Positions 6,771 to 17,044 of a stretch of DNA of 64,000 nt are shown here, one piece after another (position 1 is the stretch's first letter; the number at the start of each line of letters is the position of its first letter). This stretch comes from Clostridia bacterium (GTDB lineage: Bacteria; Bacillota; Clostridia; UMGS1883; UMGS1540). The notes beneath the pieces were generated by a model, which was not told the DNA's origin, searched no databases, and saw nothing but the letters and a program-made list of their open reading frames with translations. Made by a program: the position numbers and the translations under genes. The stretch covers positions 32,001 to 96,000 of the forward strand of contig JAZSIR010000001.1 of NCBI GenBank assembly GCA_045533905.1, read 5' to 3'.

Positions 6771-9695
6771 CTAGTAACGGAAAATGATAATTGCCTTTAC
6801 ATTGTAGGAACCTGTGTAGTAGACCAGAATCTGCGATGCAGAATCTGCATTGTTTGTAATTGAATACGGCTGAATGTTGCCCTCAAGGCTTACATCCATC
6901 TGTACCTTCATATCGTCCTTCACGGCCGTATAGTCATACAGGAACACTTTGGCATTCTTGACATTATCAAAGAGGAACTCGTCTACTCTCTGGATACCGC
7001 CTTCGTCCTCTTTGATGGTCGGAACCAGCGACAGGGACATCTGCCCGTTTTCTTCCTTTTCGAAGCCCATCGCCGTGCCGAACAAGAAGCCGCCTGCTGT
7101 CGCAGAATCTAACACTGTATCTACTTTGAAGATTCGTGCCTCTTTTGCGGCTTTTGCCACCTCTTCAAGTTCGCCACGAAGCGGCGTGGAAACCTCAACG
7201 CCATCGCAGTTGAACACGGTTGCTTTCGTTGTGCCAAAATCTATGAGCTGCTGCGTATCGCTGACTTCGCCATCTGCGACTGCATACCGGAACATATCGC
7301 CTTGCTGATACTTACCGCGGAGCATTTCCTCTTTGGTGCTGCGGACATCCACTGCCGAACCGCCGGGGAATGTAAGACCTGAAACCCTATCCATAATTTC
7401 TGCAGTTTCATCGTCACGCACGCTGGAAACCTCTGTTGCAATCATAATGGGCGATTTCGTGTTAATAGCTGCGCTACCCGCAAAAATACCGCCCGAGTAG
7501 GAAATGGCATACTTTGCGATTTTCGTACTGCCGACATTAAACGCTTCCATCTGATATTTCGTATTGCTCGTAAAGGAATTCCGGATGAAATATTTGGAGG
7601 TGTCTGTAACATCCATCGGGATTTCCAGAACCTTGGTGGAAGAGTTTGCAATAAAGGCTACCTTCCCCTGCCCGTTTTCAAAACGGCCACTCGTGGTGTG
7701 CTTCAGTACATTTTCTCCATCCTGCTCTACCGTGTTATCCTGCGGATAGGAAACATCCAGAGAAAGGTCGGAGGAATTCTTCTTATTGAGAATCGTATCA
7801 ATCGTGTCAATCTTTCCTGCAGAAGTTTTACTGTAACGAATCATCTGCGAATACGGCGTGACCATAATGCCGGCTTCCGCTTTTCCCTCGTTGTAAATGG
7901 TGGCCGCATCTTCCAGAGCCTTTAAGGCATCTGCAGGTTCGCGATACAGCTCGCCGTCAATCGTTACAGGGTCAGCAAGTACCATCGTCTGGCGCTTGGT
8001 TGTGCCCGTGATACCGTAGAAGGTAGCATATACGCTTCCGCTTTTGCCGGCTTCCTTATCCGCATCAATGAGAAATGCAAGATACGTTGTACTTTGCGCT
8101 GTGGACACGGTTGCCGCAGCGATTTTGCCTTCCATATCAAGGTATACGGAAACCTGTTCGCCAAGCTTCATTTCCGGCTTTGTGCCCGTATAGCGGGCAT
8201 AGTTATCAGCAATAGCATAATAGGCATTTCCGATTTTTCTTCTGCCGTCTCCGTCGACTTCCGTGATTTTGCCGGTGACTTTTTTCGTGGAAACAACGCC
8301 ATTCCAAATGCCCTTGCCTTCTGCCGTGGGCTTGGAGCGCATAACGCTAATAACATTCCACTGAGAGAGCGAATTAATGATAGCTTCGGGCGTATCGGTG
8401 TTTCCCTGCTTTGTCAGCGAAAAATGTACGCCGGAATTTTTATAAGGGATCTCGAGTGTGCCCGCGTTGTACTTTCCGTACACCTTCGGCGGGTTCATAT
8501 TCTTATCCGCGCTGTTCACTACGAAGTTTTCGTACTCGGTTACGAAGGCTACTTCGGCATCGCCGTCACCATCGTTACAAATAAGTTCCACGATTGCGGA
8601 GCCAAGGTCACCGAAGTCATCCGTATCATACGTAGCATCGTGCTTGCCGTTATAAATAACCTCTACATCTTCAATCCCCATTTTCTGGGCTCGTCCGCCT
8701 TTTTCGGCATAGTAGGTGACGATTCCGTCAGAAACGGTCTCGATCATATCCGATGTGAGCCTTACCTCTTCCGTTTTGGTTATGGTAATCTGGGATATTT
8801 CAAGGGTATCATCCATGCCCGGTTCTACATAAGCACTGATTTTTCTGCCGAGGATGGACATTGTATCATACCCTTCGGGTACATTATAAAGTTTTTCTTC
8901 GCCTTTGACTTCTACCAGAATGCGATCTTTGGCAAGGCTTGTATCCCCGCCGTAAATACCGGTCTGCGGTACGCCCGTAACAATACCGGTGATCTGTTCT
9001 TTGCCTTGGAACTTATCGAGGGCTGTCTGCGAGTCCGAAATAATATTGCCATCGGCATCTGTTTCTATAATTTCAACGCGCAGGCAGTTGTTTGTGAGAA
9101 TCGCAACTGTGCCACGGGAGGCATAGTCCTCCACATTATTGACGGAAGCGTTCTTCAGAATGCCCTGTTCAGCCGCCACGGCCATATAGCCCGAATACCA
9201 CGGGGCGCCCGGTGCCGTGCGGCGTTGTGCCATATCTCCATAACCCAGGGAGCAGACAAGCATCTTTACGATTTCCGTATATCTGACGGGTGCATCCGGT
9301 TGGAATGTGCCGTCGGTATAGCCGTTTACAATCTTCTGGTCTGCCGCAAGCTTAATGTACTTTTTGGCCCAGTGCGCTGCATCGTCCACATCCGGGAATC
9401 CGGAGGGAACTGTATCGAATGCAATGCTCTCCTGCCCGAGGAAAGAAATGATGATTTTGGAAACCTCGCCGCGCGTAATGGTGTTATCCGCGCGGAAGGT
9501 ACCATCCTCGTACCCGTTGATAATGCCGAGCTTGACAAGCTCTGTAACAGCCTTTCCCACCGTGCTGCCGGCATCAATGTCTGTAAGATTTACCGCGCCC
9601 GTCGCCGTTTCTTCCGCAAAAACACCGAGAGGCACAAGCGAAAACAGCATCAAAACGCTCATAAGTGCCGCTAAAATTCTTTTTCGAATCTGCAT
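6771..9695 (-). CDS. SLH-domain surface (S-layer-type) protein
   Basis: Signal peptide; SLH repeats GIINGYEDGTFRADNTITRGE and IVNGYTDGTFQPD; long beta-rich body. Confidence 0.9.
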   Translation of the reverse strand: MQIRKRILAALMSVLMLFSLVPLGVFAEETATGAVNLTDIDAGSTVGKAVTELVKLGIINGYEDGTFRADNTITRGEVSKIIISFLGQESIAFDTVPSGFPDVDDAAHWAKKYIKLAADQKIVNGYTDGTFQPDAPVRYTEIVKMLVCSLGYGDMAQRRTAPGAPWYSGYMAVAAEQGILKNASVNNVEDYASRGTVAILTNNCLRVEIIETDADGNIISDSQTALDKFQGKEQITGIVTGVPQTGIYGGDTSLAKDRILVEVKGEEKLYNVPEGYDTMSILGRKISAYVEPGMDDTLEISQITITKTEEVRLTSDMIETVSDGIVTYYAEKGGRAQKMGIEDVEVIYNGKHDATYDTDDFGDLGSAIVELICNDGDGDAEVAFVTEYENFVVNSADKNMNPPKVYGKYNAGTLEIPYKNSGVHFSLTKQGNTDTPEAIINSLSQWNVISVMRSKPTAEGKGIWNGVVSTKKVTGKITEVDGDGRRKIGNAYYAIADNYARYTGTKPEMKLGEQVSVYLDMEGKIAAATVSTAQSTTYLAFLIDADKEAGKSGSVYATFYGITGTTKRQTMVLADPVTIDGELYREPADALKALEDAATIYNEGKAEAGIMVTPYSQMIRYSKTSAGKIDTIDTILNKKNSSDLSLDVSYPQDNTVEQDGENVLKHTTSGRFENGQGKVAFIANSSTKVLEIPMDVTDTSKYFIRNSFTSNTKYQMEAFNVGSTKIAKYAISYSGGIFAGSAAINTKSPIMIATEVSSVRDDETAEIMDRVSGLTFPGGSAVDVRSTKEEMLRGKYQQGDMFRYAVADGEVSDTQQLIDFGTTKATVFNCDGVEVSTPLRGELEEVAKAAKEARIFKVDTVLDSATAGGFLFGTAMGFEKEENGQMSLSLVPTIKEDEGGIQRVDEFLFDNVKNAKVFLYDYTAVKDDMKVQMDVSLEGNIQPYSITNNADSASQILVYYTGSYNVKAIIIFRY

Positions 9696-9778
9696 AGGAA
9701 GTTCCTCCTTTTCCTGCTTTAAGCGTATTTCTATTGTACCATTTTATCCCCCGAAAAGTCAACAACTATTTCGAAGTA

Positions 9779-10561
9779 TTATTCTTCCACGTTTGCCTTT
9801 TTCCGTGCGCGATAGAGGAATATGCCGCCTATCACAAGGACGAGTGAAAAAACCTGCGAAATGCGGAGATTTCCGAGCCAGAGGCTGTCCGCCCGCAGTC
9901 CTTCAATGAAGAAGCGCCCAATCCCGTAGCCGACCATATAAAGACTTGCGGCGCGCCCTTCGAAGCCACGCTTTTTCCGCGTAAACCACAAAAAGAGGAA
10001 AAGAGCAAGATTCCAAAGGGATTCATACAAAAATGTAGGATGTACCGCTTTGCCGTCTACAAGCATACGCCACGGAAGATTCGTAATTTCGCCGTATGCT
10101 TCGGCGTTGACGAAATTCCCCCATCTGCCGATGCACTGCCCGATAAGGAATCCGTATGCACCGATATCGAGAAATTTCCAGACCGGCAGTTTATGTTTTT
10201 TCGTATAGCAAATGCCTGCAAGTAAGGCCCCGATGACACCGCCGTAAATGGCGATGCCGCCCTCCCATATGTAAAACACAGACAAAAGGTTGTCCTTATA
10301 CTCCGAAAAAGAAAAGAGAACGTAATAAAGGCGGGCGCCCACAATGGCCGCAGGAAGCCCCCACAAAACCATATTATAAAGATGGTCGGGGTCCTCACCG
10401 AGACGCTTTGTTTCTCTTGTCCCGATCAAAAGTGCCGCAATAATGCCGAGCATAATAATAAGCGCATACCAGCGGATGCCCCCGCTTCCAAACGGAAGCG
10501 GTATGGCAATCTCATGTAGTGTGAAGGAAAGGCCGAGGCCCGGGAATGCTATCTTATTCAT
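9779..10561 (-). CDS. lgt: Prolipoprotein diacylglyceryl transferase
   Basis: GARLYYV, GRWGNFVNAEAYG, HPTFLYES. Confidence 0.96.
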   Translation of the reverse strand: MNKIAFPGLGLSFTLHEIAIPLPFGSGGIRWYALIIMLGIIAALLIGTRETKRLGEDPDHLYNMVLWGLPAAIVGARLYYVLFSFSEYKDNLLSVFYIWEGGIAIYGGVIGALLAGICYTKKHKLPVWKFLDIGAYGFLIGQCIGRWGNFVNAEAYGEITNLPWRMLVDGKAVHPTFLYESLWNLALFLFLWFTRKKRGFEGRAASLYMVGYGIGRFFIEGLRADSLWLGNLRISQVFSLVLVIGGIFLYRARKKANVEE

Positions 10562-11825
10562 TTTCTTCCCCTCCCTTTTTCGGTTTTACAACGGAAAGGA
10601 CGCATTTTGAAGCTGCAAGTCCGCCGCCGAGTGCCGCGGTTACATCTGAAAGCGTAAGCGCGCGCAAAACATCAGGGTAAGAGAGAAAATCGCCGCCGCG
10701 AAAGGCCATCGGCACAAAATTGTGCGCAATTTTCTCGGTGCTGTCCATCATACGGATCACGGTGCCCAAAGCGTTCTTTCTTGCTCTTTCAAATTCCGCC
10801 TCTCCGATGCCTTCTCTGCGCACCTTTTCCACGCGGTCTAAAATCCTGTCACGAACAACACGCGGGTTTTCGCTTTCCCCTTCTATTGCCAAAAATGCAT
10901 ACCCGCGCCCTGCGCTATAGCCGCAGGAAACATCTTCGCCGATGAGGCCTTCGCCGTAAAGCTCTTTGAAAAGAGAGGTGCTTTTGCCGAAAAGGATGGA
11001 CCCGAGCACTTCATACACGGCATCTGCAAAAACGGGGTCTTCCATAGGTTTCTCCTTAAAGCATACGGAAAACATCGGGCGCGAAACCATAAATTCGGCT
11101 TCCACTTCCGCTTTTACAATTTCCTCGCCTTCTTCCGGAAGGCTCCACTCAAGAGCTGGCGAGCGTCTTTCTGCCGCCGTCTCCTCTACAACCTTCTGCA
11201 CTTTTTCCGGTTCTACATCACCCGCAACGAATAAAATCATATTTTCGGGTGCATAGAACGCGTTATAGCACTGATACAAAAGTGTTTTATCGATTTTGGC
11301 GATGGATTCCTGATCGCCTGCAATATCAATCCGAATGGGATGGGTGCTGTACATTGCGCGAAGTGCCGAGAAAAAGCAGTTCCACGCCGGATCATCGCGG
11401 TACATATCAATTTCCTGCCCGATGATACCCTTTTCCTTTTCTACATTTTCTTCCGTAAAATACGGATTTTGCACAAACCGAATCAGAACCGAAAGTGCCT
11501 CGTACACATTCGAGGTGGCGGAGAAGAGATATCCCGTCATATCAAACGACGTGTATGCATTGGCAGAGGCGCCAAGTGCCGAGAATTTCTCAAATACATT
11601 CCCCTCTTCCTCTTCAAAGAGCTTATGCTCCAGAAAATGTGCTACACCGTCCGGCACGCGGATTTTTACGCTGTCCGCCGTAAAGGCAGTGTTGACAGAG
11701 CCGAAATCTGCCGCAAAAAGAGCAAAGCTCTTTCCAAATCCTTTTTTGGGAAGCACAAAGACGCGAAGACCGCTTTTATGCTTGAAATCATACAGTGTTT
11801 CACCGATGGAAGGATATGTTTTCAT
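10554..11825 (-). CDS. M16 zinc peptidase (YmfH-like)
   Basis: GVAHFLEHKLFE, NAYTSFD. Confidence 0.92.
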   Translation of the reverse strand: MKTYPSIGETLYDFKHKSGLRVFVLPKKGFGKSFALFAADFGSVNTAFTADSVKIRVPDGVAHFLEHKLFEEEEGNVFEKFSALGASANAYTSFDMTGYLFSATSNVYEALSVLIRFVQNPYFTEENVEKEKGIIGQEIDMYRDDPAWNCFFSALRAMYSTHPIRIDIAGDQESIAKIDKTLLYQCYNAFYAPENMILFVAGDVEPEKVQKVVEETAAERRSPALEWSLPEEGEEIVKAEVEAEFMVSRPMFSVCFKEKPMEDPVFADAVYEVLGSILFGKSTSLFKELYGEGLIGEDVSCGYSAGRGYAFLAIEGESENPRVVRDRILDRVEKVRREGIGEAEFERARKNALGTVIRMMDSTEKIAHNFVPMAFRGGDFLSYPDVLRALTLSDVTAALGGGLAASKCVLSVVKPKKGGEENE

Positions 11826-13108
11826 ACTTCTTTCCCTCCTTTTCCGTTTAAGAAGTAAACCGTATCCATAAAAATGCGCCCGGCAACTGCCGCAACGTCT
11901 TCCTTTCTGACTGCCAGAATCTTATCAATGACGCGGTCAATTTCTATAATATCACCAAACGGGAGCTGACGGCGGTGGTATCCCATAAGCTGGGAGGGCG
12001 AATCCTTGCAGGCGCGAAGATCCGAGATGGCACCCTGCACCGCGCCCGAAAATTCCGCATCGGTAATATTTCCCTTTCGGATTTCCGCTTCTTCCGCGCG
12101 GATAGCTTCCAGCGCCACGGCGTACTTCGAAAAAGAAATGCCCGACTGCACAAACATAAGCCCCTTGGCGCGTTCAAGCCCCGAGGATGCATAATAGCAA
12201 AGGCTCATCTTCTCGCGCACGTTATTGAAAAGCTTTGAGGCGGTGCCGCCGCCGAACACGCGGTTATACAGCATCAGGGCATACATGTCGTCCGAAGAAG
12301 GGTCCACATCCACACGGTAGCCGATAACGAGTTTTCCCTGGAGAACCGCTTCCTTGTCCTCCACATAGCGGACTTCGTCTGCAGTCTTTCGCAGTGCTCC
12401 CGGGTATTCTGCGCTTCGCGCACCCAGCTTTTCGGCAAGGCGTTCTGCGCCACTGCGAGCCGCCGCTTCCTCAAAATTGCCGGACACAAAAATATCTACG
12501 CGAGCCGAAGAGAGCATCTCGCGGTATATCTGATAAGCGCTTTCAGGGGTGATGCGCGGCAGGTCCTCCTCCCGCCCGTCAGCACGGATAGCATACGGCT
12601 CCCCTTTACACATTTCCTCGGCGCAGCGAACGAGGGCATACCGTCTTTTATCGTTCACAATGCCACGAATATCTTCCAAAAGCGCCTCTTTTTCACGGGT
12701 TAACACTGCCGCATCAAACCCCTCGCCTTCGGTGCGGGGGGAAAGAATGATATCGGAAAGCAGGTTTTGCATCTTTTCAAAAAGCGGTTCGCCTGCATAG
12801 GCATCGGCGATGGAATCGGCTACAAAATACACCGTCTGCATTTCGCCCGATTTTTCTACGCCTGTATGCAGTTTCGTACCGTACAGCTCCTCGAGGTACA
12901 GATGAAGCGCCGACCGATCAGAAAATTTCGAGTTGCCCGCCGTCAGCATTTTCGGCAAAAGTGCAAGCGCGGTTGCCTTTTCTTCTGCGAGCGGCATATG
13001 AAAATAGATGCCGATAACACTGTTTTTGAACTTTTTGTCCGGCAGCATACAAAGCGTTATTCCGTTTTTAAGTGTTCGTTTTTGTATATCCACAGAGCTT
13101 CCTCCCAT
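11822..13108 (-). CDS. M16 peptidase non-catalytic partner (YmfF-like)
   Basis: KFK, SKLFNNVREKMSLCYY; no HxxEH motif; paired with the YmfH-like gene. Confidence 0.88.
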   Translation of the reverse strand: MGGSSVDIQKRTLKNGITLCMLPDKKFKNSVIGIYFHMPLAEEKATALALLPKMLTAGNSKFSDRSALHLYLEELYGTKLHTGVEKSGEMQTVYFVADSIADAYAGEPLFEKMQNLLSDIILSPRTEGEGFDAAVLTREKEALLEDIRGIVNDKRRYALVRCAEEMCKGEPYAIRADGREEDLPRITPESAYQIYREMLSSARVDIFVSGNFEEAAARSGAERLAEKLGARSAEYPGALRKTADEVRYVEDKEAVLQGKLVIGYRVDVDPSSDDMYALMLYNRVFGGGTASKLFNNVREKMSLCYYASSGLERAKGLMFVQSGISFSKYAVALEAIRAEEAEIRKGNITDAEFSGAVQGAISDLRACKDSPSQLMGYHRRQLPFGDIIEIDRVIDKILAVRKEDVAAVAGRIFMDTVYFLNGKGGKEV

Positions 13109-14229
13109 AAAATTTCTTTCTTAGTATTTGCAGGGTTCTTGATGGCATACATAAAAAGTTTTCCGAGTGCCTCGCCGATTTCCCTGCCGGAAAAACCGAT
13201 TTCCGCAAGGTCCCTGCCTGAAATTGGAAGTTCCGCCATATGCATTAAAGTGCCGTTTTCCTTTGCGCATATCCATTCTTTCTCAGCCGCCGCGTCCTGC
13301 AAAAAATCAAAAAGCTCTTCCGCGGACGAATGTTTAAGAGACGCGACATCAAAAACTATGCTTTCGCCCCTTTTATAGGCAGAAAGCTCCTCTGCGGAAA
13401 GAACGAGTGCACGCGGGGCATGCAAAGACCGCAGTGTTTCCGCGGCATCCTCGTCCAGAAGGTGCGCCCATTTTGCCGAAAGCGTGCGACACGCCGCAAC
13501 CTTCTGAAATGTCGATGCAGAAAGCGAGGCCTTTGGCACAGTGACGCGAAAGACGACCTCAGCCGCCGAAAGCGCCGAAAAATTGGCATACGTAAGGAGC
13601 TTTGTAAGTTCGGCAAAAATCCGCTCGCGGCTTATATCCTGCAGCGTAGCCGCCATTTCCCTGGCCGCTTTTTCCGTTTCTTCTTCCACAGAAAACGAAA
13701 GCTGCGCCGCAAAGCGAAAAAGGCGCAGGATGCGAAGGGCATCCTCTCCAAACCGCTGGCGCGGATCCCCCACCGTGCGAAGAAGCTTCTTTTCAAGGTC
13801 GGCTTCTCCTGAAAACGGGTCATACACCCCGCTTTCAGGGCTATACGCTATGGCGTTTACGGTGAAATCCCGCCTTTTTAGATCTTCGTCAATCTCCGAA
13901 AGAAAATCCACGCTGTCCGGCCTTCTTTTATCGGTGTATGCACCGTCTTTCCGAAAGGTGGTAACTTCTATCGCACCCTCATCGGTTACAACTGTTACTG
14001 TGCCGTGCAAAAGCCCGGTATCATAGGTGTGCGGAAAAAGGCGCTTTACTTCCTCCGGCCGTGCGGAGGTGGCCACATCATAGTCGTGCGGCGTGCGGGA
14101 CAAAAGAAGGTCCCTTACACATCCGCCTACCGCATAGGCACGAAAACCCGCGTCCGTAAGTGTTTTACATATTGCTTCCACGTGCCGGGGCAGTGGCAAG
14201 TATCTCATCTTTTCTTTCATATTTTTCAA
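13057..14229 (-). CDS. cca: CCA tRNA nucleotidyltransferase
   Basis: VGGCVRDLLL, DYDVAT, DLKRRDFTVNA, EDALRILR. Confidence 0.93.
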   Translation of the reverse strand: MKNMKEKMRYLPLPRHVEAICKTLTDAGFRAYAVGGCVRDLLLSRTPHDYDVATSARPEEVKRLFPHTYDTGLLHGTVTVVTDEGAIEVTTFRKDGAYTDKRRPDSVDFLSEIDEDLKRRDFTVNAIAYSPESGVYDPFSGEADLEKKLLRTVGDPRQRFGEDALRILRLFRFAAQLSFSVEEETEKAAREMAATLQDISRERIFAELTKLLTYANFSALSAAEVVFRVTVPKASLSASTFQKVAACRTLSAKWAHLLDEDAAETLRSLHAPRALVLSAEELSAYKRGESIVFDVASLKHSSAEELFDFLQDAAAEKEWICAKENGTLMHMAELPISGRDLAEIGFSGREIGEALGKLFMYAIKNPANTKKEILWEEALWIYKNEHLKTE

Positions 14230-15310
14230 AAATAAAATCTCCCAGACGCTTCATAGGGTTTCGCTCGCTTATGGTGCGAATCCCCTCCCGAAGGTTTTCA
14301 CGCCGCCAATCATTCTGCAAAAACTGGTATACTGCCTCCTCAATCGGGCAAGTACTCGAAACAGCCATCGCAAGGCCGTTATTGACAAGGAACTCGCGAT
14401 TTCTGTCCTCATGCCCCGGAATCGGGTTCATCAGAATGGTCGGCACCCCTTTGACAAGGCTTTCCGAAAGCGTAATCCCGCCCGGCTTTGTAATCATAAG
14501 GTCAGCCGCATCCATCATCACATCCACATTGTCTACATACTCGTAAGCATACAAAGTATGCGCCGTTTTCAGCCGGTCGATATCGCGCTTCGCTTTCCTG
14601 TTTTTGCCGCAGACACAAAGAAGCTGAAAATCATCCTGTATCTTATCAATCTGGCGTATGCTCTTTGTCATATTGCCGTAGCCCATACTGCCCATCATCA
14701 CCAAAATCGTGGTTTTATTCTCGATGCCGAGCGCCGCACGTGCCTCCGCTTTGGAAACGGACGTGGTGAATTTTTCCCGCACGGGAATCCCAAACGGCAA
14801 AATCTTATACTCCGAAATTCCCTTCCGGATGCACTGGTAATTCAGGAGGGATGATGCGGTCACATAATAGTCAAGCCTTGTATTCTCCCAGTACGGATGC
14901 ATCGTGAAGTCTGTTACGATACCGAAGGTGGGGATTTCCCCGAGTTCTGCTTCCAGATATGTCAGATGGAGCGCCGCAAAAAGATGTGTGGTAATAATCA
15001 CATCAGGCGAGAAGGATTCGATATGACGAAGAAGCTTCTGCCCCACAACACTGTTGGCAATGCGGCTTAAGGGAATACCGTGGTGCTCGCTCTTTTCTGC
15101 AAGGCGGTACGCTCTTCTGTACATACCGGTTGCATACTGCGTGCCCACAAGATATCCCTTTTCAAGAGAATCGCTGAGAAGCGGGTTTGTTGCCTTATAG
15201 GCATCCAGCACGCGGCACTCATGCCCGCGGGTTTCGAAATACTCGGAGATGGCCATTGCAGTCTGCGTATGACCCTGACCGGTTGAAATTGTTAAAACTA
15301 AAATTTTCAA
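14165..15310 (-). CDS. MGDG synthase / UgtP-like diacylglycerol glycosyltransferase
   Basis: GQGH, VTDF, GIPV, ITKPGGIT, PIPGHE. Confidence 0.88.
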   Translation of the reverse strand: MKILVLTISTGQGHTQTAMAISEYFETRGHECRVLDAYKATNPLLSDSLEKGYLVGTQYATGMYRRAYRLAEKSEHHGIPLSRIANSVVGQKLLRHIESFSPDVIITTHLFAALHLTYLEAELGEIPTFGIVTDFTMHPYWENTRLDYYVTASSLLNYQCIRKGISEYKILPFGIPVREKFTTSVSKAEARAALGIENKTTILVMMGSMGYGNMTKSIRQIDKIQDDFQLLCVCGKNRKAKRDIDRLKTAHTLYAYEYVDNVDVMMDAADLMITKPGGITLSESLVKGVPTILMNPIPGHEDRNREFLVNNGLAMAVSSTCPIEEAVYQFLQNDWRRENLREGIRTISERNPMKRLGDFIFEKYERKDEILATAPARGSNM

Positions 15311-15330
15311 AACACTTCCGCCTTTCCTGT

Positions 15331-15360
15331 GTCACCAAAAAAGTGGCGTTTACATACTAT
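15331..15360 (+). promoter_or_regulatory. Possible mother-cell (sigma-E/sigma-K type) promoter
   Basis: AC (15334-15335), 17-bp spacer, CATACTAT (15353-15360) upstream of the Cys-rich peptides. Confidence 0.4.
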
Positions 15361-15420
15361 ACTATTGAAACAGCGGTGTGCTGTTTTACAGTACTATCAA
15401 TATTTAAGGAGGACTTACAC

Positions 15421-15570
15421 ATGGGTTTATTTGGTGGATGTGGCAACAACAACGGTAATTCCTGTCTCTGGATTATCATCATTCTGATCCTCATCTTCTG
15501 CTGCGGCTGCGGCTCGAACAATCTCGTAGGTGGCTGCCAGAGCAACTGCGGCAACGGTTGCTGCGACTAA
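15421..15570 (+). CDS. Small Cys/Gly/Asn-rich single-TM peptide (49 aa), probably sporulation-related
   Basis: AAGGAGG RBS; MGLFGGCGNNNGNSCLWIIIILILIFCCGCG... Confidence 0.8.
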   Translation: MGLFGGCGNNNGNSCLWIIIILILIFCCGCGSNNLVGGCQSNCGNGCCD

Positions 15571-15605
15571 GAGAATCTCTATCTAGCTTTCAGAAAGGAG
15601 TATAC

Positions 15606-15734
15606 ATGATGAACTGCGGTCTTTCTTGCGGAAACAACAGCAATAACTGCTGTGAATGGATTTGGTGGATTCTTATCATCTATGTTTTCTTGAACTGCTT
15701 CTGCGGCGGTTGTAACAACCAGAGCTGCTGCTAA
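15606..15734 (+). CDS. Second small Cys-rich single-TM peptide (42 aa), below the ORF-track cutoff
   Basis: AAAGGAG RBS; MMNCGLSCGNNSNNCCEWIWWILIIYVFLNCFCGGCNNQSCC*. Confidence 0.8.
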   Translation: MMNCGLSCGNNSNNCCEWIWWILIIYVFLNCFCGGCNNQSCC

Positions 15735-15785
15735 ATCCGAAAGGGCACTGCATCGGGCGAAGTTTCGCCCGATGTAGCCTTCCCG

Positions 15786-16361
15786 CTATTTTTCAAGATA
15801 TGCGCGAAACTTTGCCAGCGCTCGCGAGCGGTGGCTGATTTCATTTTTTATTTCGGGCGAAAGTTCCCCGAAGGTTTTGCCGTATTCCGGAATGTAAAAT
15901 ACGGGGTCATACCCAAAGCCGTTCGTGCCGTGCGGTGAAAACGAGATTACACCGCGACATTCGCCGCGAAAGACCTTTTCCTCCCCTTCGGGCGTGACAT
16001 AGGCGATAACAGATACGAATGCCGCCCCACGTGCTGCTTCGGGAATTTCCTGCATGGCGAGAAGAAGCTTCTCCACATTTTTTTCGTCTGTGGCGTCTTC
16101 CCCCGCATACCGTGCCGAATAAATGCCGGGCGCGCCGGAAAGGGCATCTACCGCAAGCCCCGAATCATCCGCAATCGCGGCTTTTCCCGTAGCGTGCATC
16201 ACAGCGCGCGCCTTAATCAGCGCATTTTCCTCAAAGCTTGCACCATCTTCTATTATTTCTTCCGTAAATCCTGCTTCCCGCATAGTAATAAGTTCATAGG
16301 AAGGCAGAATTTTGCGGAATTCTTTCATTTTACCCATATTTCCTGTTGCAACCACCAGCAT
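15786..16361 (-). CDS. rdgB: RdgB/HAM1 non-canonical purine NTP pyrophosphatase
   Basis: ATGNMGK, ADDSGL, GFGYDPVF, KNEISHR. Confidence 0.95.
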   Translation of the reverse strand: MLVVATGNMGKMKEFRKILPSYELITMREAGFTEEIIEDGASFEENALIKARAVMHATGKAAIADDSGLAVDALSGAPGIYSARYAGEDATDEKNVEKLLLAMQEIPEAARGAAFVSVIAYVTPEGEEKVFRGECRGVISFSPHGTNGFGYDPVFYIPEYGKTFGELSPEIKNEISHRSRALAKFRAYLEK

Positions 16362-16381
16362 TTTCGTTTCTCCTTTTGGGG

Positions 16382-16504
16382 CTATCGGATAATCGGCAGA
16401 AATTTTCTTGCGATTTCCTCTACGCCGTAAGTATTCGGATGCACCTCGTCTGCAGAGATAAAGGACATATCCCCAAGAACAAAGCGCCCGTTTATGTAGG
16501 TCAC
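16382..16504 (-). pseudogene. C-terminal remnant of an SGNH/GDSL hydrolase
   Basis: Hand translation ...GDMSFISADEVHPNTYGVEEIARKFLPIIR* with the DxxHP motif; upstream part absent. Confidence 0.55.
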
Positions 16505-16532
16505 ATTTTATAGTGCATTCCTTTTCCCCAAT

Positions 16533-17018
16533 TTATTTTTCTTCCGCCACAACAAACAAAGTCGAGTATTCTTCCACATCATAGTCGCCCGCGGCGCGAA
16601 AATCCATAAATTCTTTTTTGAGGCAGTATTCGCCGGGCGAAAGTTTGCCGTACAGATACTCCCAGTCTACCGAAAACTCGGTAGTTTCATTTTTCCGGAT
16701 GATATAGGCCATTGCATTCCACGTGTAATTTTCGATAATTGTGCTGACCGGTTCCCAGTCTTCGCCCTTTTTTTCAAAAAGCACAAAGTCCGCCCCTGTC
16801 TGAAGCTGGCCCGTAGGTTTGCCGCCTTTCTGTGTCACACGGATTTTTATACCGCCGGCGGTTACATTTTCTGCCGAAAGCGTAAGACCCCAGTCATATG
16901 TCTTCGATTCTTCTACATATACGGAAGTGGGGCCCTCTGCCCCGCCGATAGGGCTCTCGCCCGCGCAGCCCGAAAGAAGGCAAAGCGCCGAAAGCAGTAT
17001 GAGAGATATTCGTTTCAT
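16533..17018 (-). CDS. Lipoprotein with an Ig-like domain
   Basis: MKRISLILLSALCLLSGC lipobox; W..LYG.LSPG.Y pattern. Confidence 0.75.
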   Translation of the reverse strand: MKRISLILLSALCLLSGCAGESPIGGAEGPTSVYVEESKTYDWGLTLSAENVTAGGIKIRVTQKGGKPTGQLQTGADFVLFEKKGEDWEPVSTIIENYTWNAMAYIIRKNETTEFSVDWEYLYGKLSPGEYCLKKEFMDFRAAGDYDVEEYSTLFVVAEEK

Positions 17019-17044
17019 ATTTTCTTCCTTTCCCCAAAGTGCTC

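Noticed and set aside
15421-15734. RiPP or bacteriocin precursors
   Set aside because: No leader/core pattern, a central TM segment, and no adjacent maturase or transporter.
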